Positions 29,678 through 42,009 of a stretch of 64,000 bases of DNA are shown piece after piece. Source of the stretch: Eledone cirrhosa (taxonomy: Eukaryota); assembly GCA_964016885.1 (NCBI GenBank), contig OZ024745.1, positions 113,150,001 to 113,214,000 on the forward strand, given 5' to 3'. The notes beneath the pieces were generated by a model. The model had not been told where the DNA came from. It ran no database searches and worked only from the letters and a program-made list of their open reading frames with translations. Position 1 is the stretch's first letter; each line of letters opens with the position of its first letter. The position numbers were made by a program, and so were the translations under genes.

Positions 29678-30754
29678 AACCGGTTTGTCTGTGTGTTTAC
29701 ATACAGAATAGCTGGACACTCACAGTAAAGTGACCAGTGAAAACTCGGTACATCTACATATGTACACGTGTGTGTATTCATATGCATACTAGTATTTCAG
29801 TATACATATGTGGATGTACATTTTTAACTTAATTGTTTAAGCGTCAGTCATACAAAAGTGAGTTACAAACGAAATTTAATTTCGTTTCGTTATTTGTTTT
29901 TATCGTCTCCGTTGAACCGGTACGTACTCACGCTCTATGCAAATTGGTCTGCCCACTACTAATTTTCATATAAAAAGCATATAACGATATGTGCTTTCAC
30001 GATTCTCTAGAGATGCCGGAAGATAGGTAAATATTGCTGATGAGATGTAACAACATCGAAACTAGTCCAATATTCCTTGTCTGGCTTTCTGGAGAATAGA
30101 GGAAAGGTGTTTCCTCAAAAACCAGTATGACTCTAAGAACCGGTTTGTCTGTGTGTTTACATACAGAATAGCTGGACACTCACAGTAAAGTGACCAGTGA
30201 AAACTCGGTACATCTACATATGTACACGTGTGTGTATTCATATGCATACTAGTATTTCAGTATACATATGTGGATGTACATTTTTAACTTAATTGTTTAA
30301 GCGTCAGTCATACAAAAGTGAGTTACAAACGAAATTTAATTTCGTTTCGTTATTTGTTTTTATCGTCTCCGTTGAACCGGTACGTACTCACGCTCTATGC
30401 AAATTGGTCTGCCCACTACTAATTTTCATATAAAAAGCATATAACGATATGTGCTTTCACGATTCTCTAGAGATGCCGGAAGATAGGTAAATATTGCTGA
30501 TGAGATGTAACAACATCGAAACTAGTCCAATATTCCTTGTCTGGCTTTCTGGAGAATAGAGGAAAGGTGTTTCCTCAAAAACCAGTATGACTCTAAGAAC
30601 CGGTTTGTCTGTGTGTTTACATACAGAATAGCTGGACACTCACAGTAAAGTGACCAGTGAAAACTCGGTACATCTACATATGTACACGTGTGTGTATTCA
30701 TATGCATACTAGTATTTCAGTATACATATGTGGATGTACATTTTTAACTTAATT
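29678..30754 (+). repeat. Inverted arm of the 460-bp array, about 2.3 units
   Basis: Reverse complement of the left arm. Ends in (TA)n. Confidence 0.97.
30030..30074 (+). ncRNA. Minimal type I hammerhead ribozyme (second copy 30490-30534)
   Basis: Same motif as 25811-25855. Predicted cleavage after 30067. Confidence 0.95.
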
Positions 30755-30776
30755 ATATATATATATATATATATAT

Positions 30777-31220
30777 CCAGGGAGTGTAAGGTCAAGTTAC
30801 TGTAGGTTCTCCCAGGTGAGCACTCGATGTTTAGGTCCACGTCTGTGGCGTGGTGTAGAGCTAGACAGAGTGTAATATAATTATACAAGGACGGTTTGTT
30901 AAGCCTTCGTTACGTTTATTAATTGCTGACGCGCTTTTCGCTATTGATTAACTCATGGTTCGATCTATATTGATTAACTCATGGTTCGATCTATATTGAT
31001 CTATATTAATCTATATCGAATTGATCTATATCGAATCTAGAATCAAAAGCACGTTGGACCTCTGTTGTAGTAATGACACATAAATAAAACAGAGGTCTGA
31101 CGAGCTCTTGAATCCAGAGTCAAGCCAGATCGATGTAGATCGAAACTTGAGCGGATCAATAGCGAAAGGCGCGTCACCAATCACTAAATGTAATGAAGGC
31201 TTAACAAATCCTCCTTGTAT
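30777..31220. mobile_element. Diverged PLE-like fold-back 3' end
   Basis: Imperfect inverted arms 30883-30970 and 31130-31220 with a GAAA(A/G)GCGCGTC HHR-like 3' half. Tail abuts (TA)n. Confidence 0.55.
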
Positions 31221-31269
31221 TATTATTATTATTATAAATCATTATTATTATTATTATTATCATTTTTGA

Positions 31270-31450
31270 ATTGGCAGTATCGGTAGAGGGTCGGACGCCA
31301 TGCTTTGACGCATAAAGTTACAGCCCTTGCCATTCTGAGTTCAAATCCCGCCGAGGTTAACTTTGCCTTTCATCCTTATGGGGTCGATAAAATAAAGTAC
31401 CAGTAATGTACAGGCTAATTGCTGGCCTTGTGCCAATAGTAGAAACAATT
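31270..31450 (+). mobile_element. Main SINE
   Basis: Matches 49548-49733; ends in (ATT)n. Confidence 0.9.
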
Positions 31451-31655
31451 ATTATTATCATTTTTATTTTCTTTCATTATTGTTTCTGAGATATATGCCG
31501 AGTGTCTTCCTGACACCTAGGGCAAATAAATTCACAGTGTGCATTGGTAAGCCAGTTAATACAGCACATTGATTATAATTAGAAGACAAAAAAAAACAGT
31601 ATACATATATACACATGTGCATATGCATATGTAAATACAAGGAGGGATATCAATC

Positions 31656-32160
31656 TTACAGAGATAGTGCTCTTATCAATACGTGTGCAGTACCAGTCAA
31701 AACAATTTTTTGCACCTCGTGCAGAGAGGGTAAACCAGGAATCATTCGCAAATATTGTTCTGTTCCTTTCTTGTTCATTCCCAGTTCTCCCACAATCACT
31801 GGTATTTTAATGGCCTTGAGGTGCCACATTTTCTCAATTTCAATAAGCAGATCTTTATATTTTCGTAGCTTGTCAAATTCTTTTGCCGCGATATTGTGAC
31901 CACATGGGATGCTCATATCTATCAATAAATAGACCTTGTTATGTTGATCTTTTACAATGATGTCAGGTCTATTTGCTTTTATGGTCCTGTCAGTATGTAC
32001 AGGAAAGTCCCAGAGAATTGTTACTTTTTCTCCTTCAGTTACAGCCCCAGGGTGATGATTGTACCACTTGTCTTCAGCTTTGATTTTGTAATGCCGACAT
32101 ATTACCCAATGTAGATATTGGCCAACTCTCATATCTATATTTGTATTCTGGTGCTTTATT
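31656..32160 (-). pseudogene. 3' fragment of an R4-group RLE retrotransposon, second family
   Basis: ILWDFPVHTDRTIKANRPDIIV...LIDMSIP...KLRKYKDL (PD-D/ExK endonuclease). 5' side abuts (TAA)n. Confidence 0.85.
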
Positions 32161-32176
32161 ATTATTATTATTATTG

Positions 32177-32730
32177 TTCTTTGAATCTCAGTCATTGATG
32201 TTATTTAACTGGAAAGTGTGTTGAAATGAATATCAAGCCGCTACCTGCAGTCTCAGACATTCAGGACGTATCGGAGGGTTCTTGCTGTTCCCAGCAAGCA
32301 TGCCTTCTGAAGTGTTCCAAAAAGCGTGGCTGGACAAATCTTCTTTAACCCTCATTGGAAACTCTTTGAGATAGTACCTAATGCGCCTACGACAATCGGG
32401 ACGACCTTGATATCATGGCAGTTCCAAATCCTTTTTAACTCCCACTTTAAATCCTGGTATCAGTTAATTTTCTCCCTCTCCTTTTCTTGCACTCTCGTGT
32501 AAAATGGGCAGGCTACATCTCCAATCAGACACGATCTATTTTCGTTGTCCAAAAACCACCAGGTCAGGCCTATTGTGTTCTAATTTCTTGTCTGTCTGTA
32601 TCTTAAAATCCCATACCACCTTCACCTGATCGTTTTCTATCACCGACTCTGGCTTATGCTCATACCACTTCTCAGAATGTGGTAAACTGTTTATTTTGCA
32701 TAGATGCCACTGGATCACCGTGCCTATAAC
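32177..32730 (-). pseudogene. Older 5'-truncated R4/Dong-like copy
   Basis: Homologous to 45897-46450 including the 3' UTR. Frameshifted. 3' end in (TAA)n. Confidence 0.88.
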
Positions 32731-32843
32731 AGATGAAGGACTTAAGTCTGAAACGTTGAAACCTCCTTCACATTCACCAAGCGCGAACATAATACAACTG
32801 TGTACAATTGCCTCCTGCGTTTTGTTCGTTCTTTTCAACTATG

Positions 32844-32920
<77 letters not shown>

Positions 32921-32923
<3 letters not shown>

Positions 32924-33544
32924 GATTGGTGCTCTGAAATAGAGATGTATACATGAATGTATGCATTGTATATTTGGCAATATACAGTATGTTTAATTAA
33001 AATCATTTTGAAGACCTTACGCTATCATTTTAAAGTAGTGACTATGTCACTTACTTCTTTTCGGCGAAAGAAGCTAACAGTCTGTTCCATGCTGTTTGGC
33101 AATCATCAGAGCTACGTACTGCCCTCTTCCGCCGAAAACTATAGAAGCTGGATTCTTATAGAATTCCAGTAATACATCGCTATTTCAGAGCACCAATCCT
33201 AACATTTAATTTTTGCTGAACTGGCAATCGCTCTGTATAATCAGCTACTGATTATTACTGGAATTCTATAAGAATCCAGCTTCTATAATTTTCGGCGGAA
33301 GAGGGCAGTACGTAGCTCTGACGATTGCCAAACAGCATGAAACAGACTGTTAGCTTCTCTGTCTTCTTTCGCCGAAAAGAAGTGACATAGTCACTACTTT
33401 AAAATGATAGCGTAAGGTCTTCAAAATGATTTAAATTAAACATAGTGTATATTGCCAAATATACTATGCATACATTCATATATATATGAATGTATGTATA
33501 GTATATTTGGCAATATACACTAGGTTCAATTGGCAAATATACTA

Positions 33545-33578
<34 letters not shown>

Positions 33579-33640
33579 TGTCTGCATAGTATATTTAGCA
33601 CTATACACTATGTTTAATTAAAAACATTTTGAAGACCTAA
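32921..33640. mobile_element. Retrozyme-like family C fold-back insertion; HHRs 33072-33113 (minus, GGAA mutant) and 33314-33355 (plus)
   Basis: AGCT-CTGACGA-TTGC caaaca GCAT-GAA-ACAG a CTGT-T-AGCT. Arms are circular permutations of the unit seen at 39425. Confidence 0.8.
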
Positions 33641-33903
33641 GGAAAACTTCAATCGTTAAGGTATGTTCCTTGGCTATGTCAAAATTTATAAAACACATTC
33701 TGTATTTTATCTGATAAAAGCGTACCAAAGTTTTTGGTACCCTTGAAATATATATAATAGAATAAATATGGTTTTATAAAATATAGTTTCCATTTATTTA
33801 ATATAATTGAATATTATACTCCAGAAAACTTGTCGAGTGCTCTGAATCAGTTATACACATTTATATTTGTTGAATTACCAACCAATTGAATATCTCTTCT
33901 GCT
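33640..33903 (+). mobile_element. PLE-like P3-related 3' end with mutated HHR (33704-33763)
   Basis: CTGATAA core (G8A without C3U). Homologous to 16743-16935. Confidence 0.7.
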
Positions 33904-33915
33904 TATATATATATA

Positions 33916-34822
33916 TAAACGGAAAAAATGAAACGAAATTTCATTTCTCATTCTTAGTACGGATGTTACTTAAAGTATGTATACGTACATACATATATTT
34001 ATACATACGTACAGTAGTATGATGTATATATATATATACATGCACACATATATATATGTACGTATGGATTCACGGAACATTTATTATAATGCTCGGTGTG
34101 TTTGTAAACAAACATCCCGAATTAAGCCGTACAGTGTCTAGCAACCATCGTTGCTCATTTGTTCAACACTGACAAGGGAACGCTGTACTAGTTTCAAGCT
34201 TATTAGCTATCGTCAGCAACGTATACCTTCCTTCCAGATGGTTAAACGTCTGAAAGTATATACTTTCCTTATGCATATTAACGGCTGAGCAGCCTAATTT
34301 GCATATCGAGTGAGTTAATCGGCCGGGGTACCGAAAACGATAAACGGAAAAAATGAAACGAAATTTCATTTCTCACTCTTAGTAGGGCTGTTACTTAAAT
34401 ATAAGTATGTATACATACATACATATATGTATACAGACGTACAGTAGTATGTATATATATATATATATACATACATGCACACATATATATATGTACGTAT
34501 GGATTCACCGAATATTTATTATAATGCTCGGCGTGTTTGTAAACAAACATCCCGAATTAAACTTCTCACTCTTAGTACGGCTGTTACTTAAATATAAGTA
34601 TGTATACGTACATACATATATGTGTTGAACAAATGAGCAACGATGGTTGCTAGACACTGTACGGCTTAATTCGGGATGTTTGTTTACAAACACGCCGAGC
34701 ATTATAATAAATGTTCGGTGAATCCATACGTACATATATATATATATGTGTGCATGTATATATATATATATACATACTACTGTACGTCTGTATACATATA
34801 TGTATGTACGTATACATACTTA

Positions 34823-34828
<6 letters not shown>
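33916..34828. mobile_element. Retrozyme-like family B: about 1.5 tandem units of 425 bp plus an inverted arm; HHR 34180-34222 on minus
   Basis: TAAACGGAAAAAATG at 33916 and 34341. Inverted arm 34623-34828. Flanked by (TA)n. HHR identical to 3341-3383. Confidence 0.85.
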
Positions 34829-34900
<72 letters not shown>

Positions 34901-36639
34901 TAAATTATTCCGGGTTGAGTCGTAGGTAACCACAGTAAGTAAGGCACTCAATACATATCAGAGTATAAAAGTTTATATATATATTAATGTTATTAAGGCT
35001 AAATAGTGAATCTTGTAAGTGTTGAGTTTCGCCTGTTTATCAGAGGGTCATCAGATAAGAACTTGTGTGTGACCATGTGTGCATAGACATACATGATCGA
35101 AGATCAAATTCGAAGGACAAATTTGGGGTAGAAAAATAATATCATATCCCCCTGTGGGATGCCAAATACGTATCTGGTGGTAGTTGGGCGATAACGATAT
35201 CATTTACACATGCAAACATAGGCACATATATACTCACACATCGTAAATATTCACGCATACGTACAATTTCCATCTCCCCCCTTCTCTGTCTCTCTCTCAA
35301 TCATACACATATCAAAGAATGTATGTGTGTATTATCTTTGATTTTCAATTATTTGAATGTTTTCTATACAGAAAGAAATGGTTTGTACCAAGAAAACGGA
35401 GCTCCGTTACAGCGATTTAGATAGTAACAACGGAGAATATTTCGATTCGTCTTCAATGTTGATGATTACTTGTTAGAATATTCAGGCACGCAATTGCTGT
35501 TTTGCTTACAGATTGTGCTTGTGAAATGCAAGTTATATATAAAAGAATCCACCATTTTCACTAGAAATTCAACAATGTAGTCGAATGCACAGATAATTTT
35601 ATGTATTATTAGAAGCTAGAACCTAAATGGCATTTTTGGGCAGCTGCTGATCACATGTGTTATCTCACGTACAGAAATTGGATATAATCGAAATATTAGG
35701 TCAAATTTAATTGTTTTTTTATTTTCACATCTCTTTCGTTCAAAAGAGATTTTGTAGCTATTTTCGACGCTTAAATATCAAAAGCATATTTTTGAAAATG
35801 TGACGAAAATGCAAAAGAAGCTGCACATTCTATCATACTCATGTCTTTATTGAGTAATGTTCGTCTAGCAGTTTTGCAGCAGCATTTACAATGAAGGGAA
35901 AGCAATGCACTAGCTTTAGCATCCGATAATCAGAAAGGAAGTAGGGTAAAAACCAAACACGCCATCTTCTCTTCGGTATTCGTGCCAACCCTTACCTATG
36001 GTGATGAGTCTTGGGAGTTATCTTTATTGTTTATTATTAACCAATATGTTAGGTAGAAATGCTACATTTTTCTTCTGTGGAGGATCTCAAAGATACAGTG
36101 ATAGAGAGTGTGAGATAGAGAGAAATAGAATATTTAAAGAAGACCATTTATATCGTGCTAGATAAGTAAATTCGGATATGAGAATGAGATGAGCACAAAC
36201 ATAAAAAGTAGTTCTGAATCAATGAACTAGACAGAGTACAACACACAATAGAAGAAATGTTTAGGCAGAAATATTATAGTCGTTTTAGATTAATACTTCA
36301 AAACGACGAACATTCAAAAAGAAGTTTATAGGTGTTTCTACTCTAGCTGTACTAGATACATTATAGTTATGATATTAGGTACAGTATTCTCTCTCCGAAC
36401 GCTTAGACAGAAAAAAAATAAGAACTAATCAATTACAATACACTACATACAATCTGACATTGGCACATTATATTTACCTGAAAAAAAAGGAGGTCGAAGC
36501 AATGTGAAACTAGGAAACTATATATAACATATCCATTGTAGCAATACAAAATATCTAGTAAAGAATAATGGAACATAAATACAAATCGCTACAAATCATG
36601 ACCAAAACAAGAGGCCGCTTCTAGAGGTCGATTTTGTTC

Positions 36640-37480
36640 CTCCGCAACCAGATCCAGCTGGAACTTCTTACCGCTGCCTCTGATATTACCTTTAGAGCTG
36701 TGGTCCTTTTCTTTCCAGACACTAAAAGTTATTTCACAAGATTGTAGGCAGATTTACCCACTAAGCCTCTTGGTCTGATCTGTATGGCGAGACAAGTCGG
36801 AAGTCGGCTTCCCTCAGGTTACTAGCCAAACTTGCGTATTGTTTGGTCTTGAATATGTATGCTTCTAATGTACTTTCAAATAGCACGGTAATTTCAATCA
36901 AAATATGCTGTTTTGATGAACCAGTCCATTGCCACTTTTAGGATGACCTCCATTTCCTCCCCCCAAAACAGTATATGTCTGATTGCACAGCTCATTGCTA
37001 TGTCAACCTCCAAATTGATCCAGACTGCTGTGTACACTTTGGTGGAGAATCGAATGGAGAAGCCGTGAAAATACATCTTCAACATTTCTCGGATGTTTCT
37101 TGGAACATGGTACATCTCAAGATCTAGTTTATCATCTTGTGTGGGACTGGGCCGTAGGCATTTGCCAGATCAATCCATACCTTATCAAGATCTCTCTTTT
37201 GAGGTTTAGCTCTTTGGATTGCTTCCAAAATCATTGAAGCATGTTCTACACAACCAGAAACTCCAGGGATGCCTCACCTCTGGACAGACATATTCAGGTA
37301 TATATTCTCTGTGAGGTATCTAGTTAGCCTTGCGGATATAACAGAGAAAAAAATCTTACCTTCAACGTTCAGAAGTGTTGGTGGTCTGAATTGGTTGATG
37401 TCGCTTCTGCTTTTCCGGGATGTATACTTCCTAGGCTCTCATCCATTGGTCACTGATCTTCAAGTTCTTTCATAGTCTCA
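36640..37480 (-). pseudogene. Decayed Hero-clade RLE retrotransposon RT fragment
   Basis: DINQFRPPTLLNVEGKIFFSVISARLTRYL, GIPGVSGCVEHASMILEAIQRAK, WIDLANAYGPVPH. Confidence 0.8.
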
Positions 37481-37953
37481 GCAGAAAAAGCATACGAAAA
37501 GCAGTTGTATACGACGAATAGACAACTACGTTTCAACCTCGTCAACCACATATCTTGTGTGCAATTTCAGGGTAATATTGCACTAGTAATGATAGCTTGC
37601 GCATCAGATAGCCGAACATCTCTTTTGGTAAGGGGCATGTAAGGCGATAACAAAACAAATGGTAAGAAATTTACGGTTGTCTTTTGTCAAAAGCAGAGAT
37701 AAATACACAAATATAATACGGCTAGAAATAAATGCACAGATTTCGTATGTAAAATGTGCAGTATATAACTGGTGGAAAAAAGGAAACATTTAGACATTCG
37801 TCAACGCCACGTGGAAGAGCTTTACGAAGGTATTTGACTCATAAAAGGCAGAGAATTGGGATAATCAAGAGAAAAAGGAAGAGATGTGAGATCGATAGTG
37901 ATAGAAACAAGGAGAGAGGGGGTCACACAGCTATAAACAATGCAAGTATTGAG

Positions 37954-37989
<36 letters not shown>

Positions 37990-38063
37990 TGTGTGTCCCC
38001 AAAATGATTCTACATATTTATTAGAATGTTGTTGAAGTGTGTACACGTTTGTATGGGACAACT

Positions 38064-38123
<60 letters not shown>

Positions 38124-38126
38124 CTC

Positions 38127-38186
<60 letters not shown>

Positions 38187-38190
<4 letters not shown>

Positions 38191-38873
38191 TTAATATAGA
38201 TGAGATTCTACAGGACTAGAACTGTTTCATTCATTTGAAATCATCAGGAATCTGGGTATCAAAAAATAAATATGGTATTTATAGGTCTCTACAAGTGGTA
38301 GGAGAGGGTGGGGAGTGGGATGGGTGCAGGTCATTGGTTGATAGAAAAGGGAATTCATTAAAAGCTAATTCTACAAAGCTATAGTTTATTTTTATTTTTA
38401 TTTTTATTTATTTATGTTTTTAGAGTAACAAGGGCAGACATAATTCTATAAACAGGTTCCGGATGGCCTACCATTCCTTGTCAATAAGTTTCTTATTAAG
38501 AGAAACTTATTGACAAGGAATGGTAGGCCATCCGGAACCTGTTTATAGAGTTCTGTCTGACCTTGTTACTCTAAAAACATAAATAAATAAAAATAAAAAT
38601 AAAAATAAACTATAGCTTTGTAGAATTAGCTTTTAATGAATTCCCTTTTCTATCAACCAATGACCTGCACCCATCCCACTCCCCACCCTCTCCTACCACT
38701 TGTAGATACCTATAAATACCATATTTATTTTTTGATACCCAGATTCCTGATGATTTCAAATGAATGAAACTGTTCTAGTCCTGTAGAATCTCATCTATAT
38801 TAAAACTGTTATACTCTGCTATGTATTGAGTACCTTACTTACTGTGGTTACCTCCGATTCAACCCGGAATAAC

Positions 38874-38874
<1 letters not shown>
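38187..38874. mobile_element. Long P2 fold-back (arms ~310 bp, centre ~38497) with HHRs 38203-38253 (minus) and 38741-38791 (plus)
   Basis: Near-perfect palindrome flanked by (TA)n. CCAAT (~38657) and TATAAATA (38711) lie upstream of the HHR. Confidence 0.85.
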
Positions 38875-38921
<47 letters not shown>

Positions 38922-39423
38922 GTTACTTAAGACAAACAGCTACATCTCTCAAATATATATGCATATACATACACACACACCACACTTACACACACATATA
39001 TATAGATATATTTAATATATATATTATATACATGTGTGTATGCGTGTGTGTGTTTGTATATATATATATATATATACACACGTATATATATATAAATATA
39101 TATATGTATGTGTGTGTGTGTGTATCTACATGTGTAAGTCTATGAATGTGTACTGATTATATCTATTTTATGTATTTGCGAAATACATGTCTCTGTCTGC
39201 ATTCGAACATAAATGTTTTATGTATCTCTCTCTATATATGCTTTGAAGAGAATACTTGAACAGACAAAGTTTCTCCAACAGCTTACACGAATTCACTTTG
39301 AGAAATAATAATTTGATAGAATTCAACAACACTAAGAGTTATCTGGCTATTGATCCAATTTATGGCATTCCATTCCACCCACCTTCTTTTTAAATGAGTG
39401 GAACTGTTATATATTATATATAT

Positions 39424-39922
39424 ATATGAATATATATAGTGTATTTGGTAATACACTGTATGCTTAACTAAAAGCATTTTGAAGACCTTACGCTATTGTT
39501 TTAAAGTAGTGACTATGTCACTTCTTTTTTCAACAAACAAAGGGAGATAAGCTGACAGATCTCTGTTTCACACTGTTGGTATTCCTCAGAGCTTAGCACT
39601 CCCCTTGTTTGCTGAAAAATTATGAATGTTGGATTCTTATAGAATTCCAGTAATAATCAGCAACTGTGATTATACAGAGCGGTTGCGGATCCAGCAAAAA
39701 TTGAAAATTAGATTGGTGCTCTGAAATAGTGATGTATATATGAATGTATATATAGTGTATGTATATTGTTTGTTGAAAAAAGAAGTAAGTGACATAGTCA
39801 CTACTTTAAAACAATAGCGTAAGGTCTTCAAAATGCTTTTAATTAAGCATACAGTGTATTACCAAATAGACTATATATACATTCATATATACATCGCTAT
39901 TTCAGAGTACCAATTCTAATTT
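39424..39922. mobile_element. Retrozyme-like family C, 314-bp monomer plus overlap plus inverted arm
   Basis: ATGAAT.TATATAGTGTAT at 39426 and 39740. Inverted arm 39767-39922. Flanked by (TA)n. Confidence 0.8.
39549..39594 (-). ncRNA. Minimal type I hammerhead ribozyme
   Basis: AAGCT-CTGAGGA-ATAC caaca GTGT-GAA-ACAGA ga TCTGT-C-AGCTT. Confidence 0.9.
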
Positions 39923-39969
39923 ATATATATATATATATATATAATCGCCAGGTATCTTAGCTGAGAATG

Positions 39970-40052
39970 ACTCCCTGATGACGAAAAAGTTTCTCCATGA
40001 TCTAAAATTGGAGACTATGTATATTCCCTTTCAGAAACTAATTAGTTCGAGT
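39970..40052 (+). ncRNA. Degenerate hammerhead motif
   Basis: ACTCC-CTGATGA-CGAAA...TTTCA-GAA-ACTAATTAGT-T-CGAGT. Mismatches at the stem bases. Confidence 0.6.
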
Positions 40053-40100
40053 GAAATTTAAGTAAGTAAGCTAATTACTATAATTTTCTTATTTTACGTT

Positions 40101-40161
<61 letters not shown>

Positions 40162-40175
40162 TATGTATATATAAG

Positions 40176-40223
<48 letters not shown>

Positions 40224-40582
40224 GATTAAATATATGGAGAATAGAAATGTTGTATAGTTGCTATTTACGGTAACTTAAAATGCAGTGGGAATACGAAGAA
40301 ACCAAGAACATGGGGGGGGGTCCTCATCAGTTGTCTACTGGGGGTCTCGGACATTTACACGCTTTAAAGACAAGATACCACTTCACCACAGGGCGTCAAT
40401 AACTGGATAAGTTATTGGGAAAACGAAGGAAGGAGGGATAGGAAGCAAAGGGGAAGAAAAGGGAAAACAGTAACAAAACAGCGAAACAAAACAACAAGCC
40501 GAGCAATGTGCGAGCAACTATAGGTAAGAAATCCAAGACCACTCGATAATAGAACTTAAGTTCAAGACTGAGAAGTCGGGAG

Positions 40583-40627
<45 letters not shown>

Positions 40628-40746
40628 AACGAGTAGTAGAATTCCATTTGTTAATATCGTATGTTTACTCCAAATATTTGTTGAGTGCTTTATATCAGTT
40701 ATAAAAATATTTTCTTGTTGTATCCCAACAATTTAAATAGAACTTT

Positions 40747-40846
<100 letters not shown>

Positions 40847-41018
40847 GAAGGAAGTGTGGTAGGGAACCAGGTGGACCATAACGCACCAGAGTACTCAATA
40901 CTTAGGGTAGTAGAGTGGGTAATAAGAAAATGTTTAACCCCGACGGCAGAGCTTAAGCCGATTACAAGAAATTTTGACCAATCCTTTTGACAACTATAAT
41001 CGTCCCATATAAGGAATT

Positions 41019-41121
41019 ACTCCTTGAAAAGTTCGGCTATTTATTACCACGCTAAAAATTCTAATTTAGTCCAGAAATAACCGTCGAAACGGCGAAACGG
41101 CTTGAACTCTGCCGTCGGGGT
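41019..41121 (+). ncRNA. Hammerhead with U3-A8 core in family P1
   Basis: ACTCC-TTGAAAA-GTTCGGCTATTT...AAATAACCGTC-GAA-ACGGC...GCCGT-C-GGGGT. This copy has an 8-bp internal duplication. Confidence 0.7.
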
Positions 41122-41126
41122 TAAAC

Positions 41127-41256
<130 letters not shown>

Positions 41257-41330
41257 AAGCAAATTATAAACGTAAACATGTAAGTATGTTTTTGAAACGG
41301 TGCGCGAGTTTGAAATTAGAAATTAGAAAT

Positions 41331-41490
41331 TATAAGCTTTCACCGTATTTTAGACTAAAGAAATTTCTAGCCTGATAGTGGGGTTTATAACCCTCGGAGA
41401 AATGGAAAAAGATGAGTGTTGCCGTACATGTTATAAACCCCACTATCAGGCTAGAAATTTCTTTAGTCTAAAATACGGTGAAAGCTTATA
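41331..41490. repeat. Perfect ~60-bp inverted repeat with 39-bp spacer next to (TA)n, probable PLE fold-back
   Basis: TATAAGCTTTCACCG...GGTTTATAAC and GTTATAAACC...CGGTGAAAGCTTATA. Confidence 0.75.
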
Positions 41491-41817
41491 TATATATATA
41501 TATATGTATATATTTATATATATATAAATCCTGGTATGTGTATATGCATTTTTTCCTCTAACTTTAATCTTATACCTAATTGTGTATGGTTGACGGTATA
41601 TTTAATCGATTTCCACGTGCTATTGAAATGTTGGGTAAATATTCTATCGCGGTTGATTGCGAATAAATTGCTGTCGTTTATTTATCTACTATTTTTTCAT
41701 AGGTGCCCTTTAATCTGATAGCCTGGTTTAATTGTTTTTTTTGTGGTTGATTATGCTAATTGGGAGAGGAAATGGTGTATATATATTATCAAATGATTCT
41801 ATGGACATACTTTATAG

Positions 41818-42004
<187 letters not shown>

Positions 42005-42009
42005 ATATA

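Noticed and set aside
25638-30707. Repeated 60-61 aa ORFs in the 460-bp units
   Set aside because: Short, no motifs, antisense to the ribozyme strand and not conserved in family B.
25522-30754. CRISPR array or snRNA/5S gene cluster
   Set aside because: No variable spacers and no recognisable snRNA or 5S sequence despite the octamer.
32728-32840. CAGATGAAGGAC...GTCTGAAACGTT as another U4A hammerhead
   Set aside because: The CA lies at the junction with the Dong-like fragment and stem I is absent. Probably a truncated PLE end.
40300-40340. Minus-strand CTGATGAGGACC
   Set aside because: No downstream GAAA or stem III; at most a deleted remnant.
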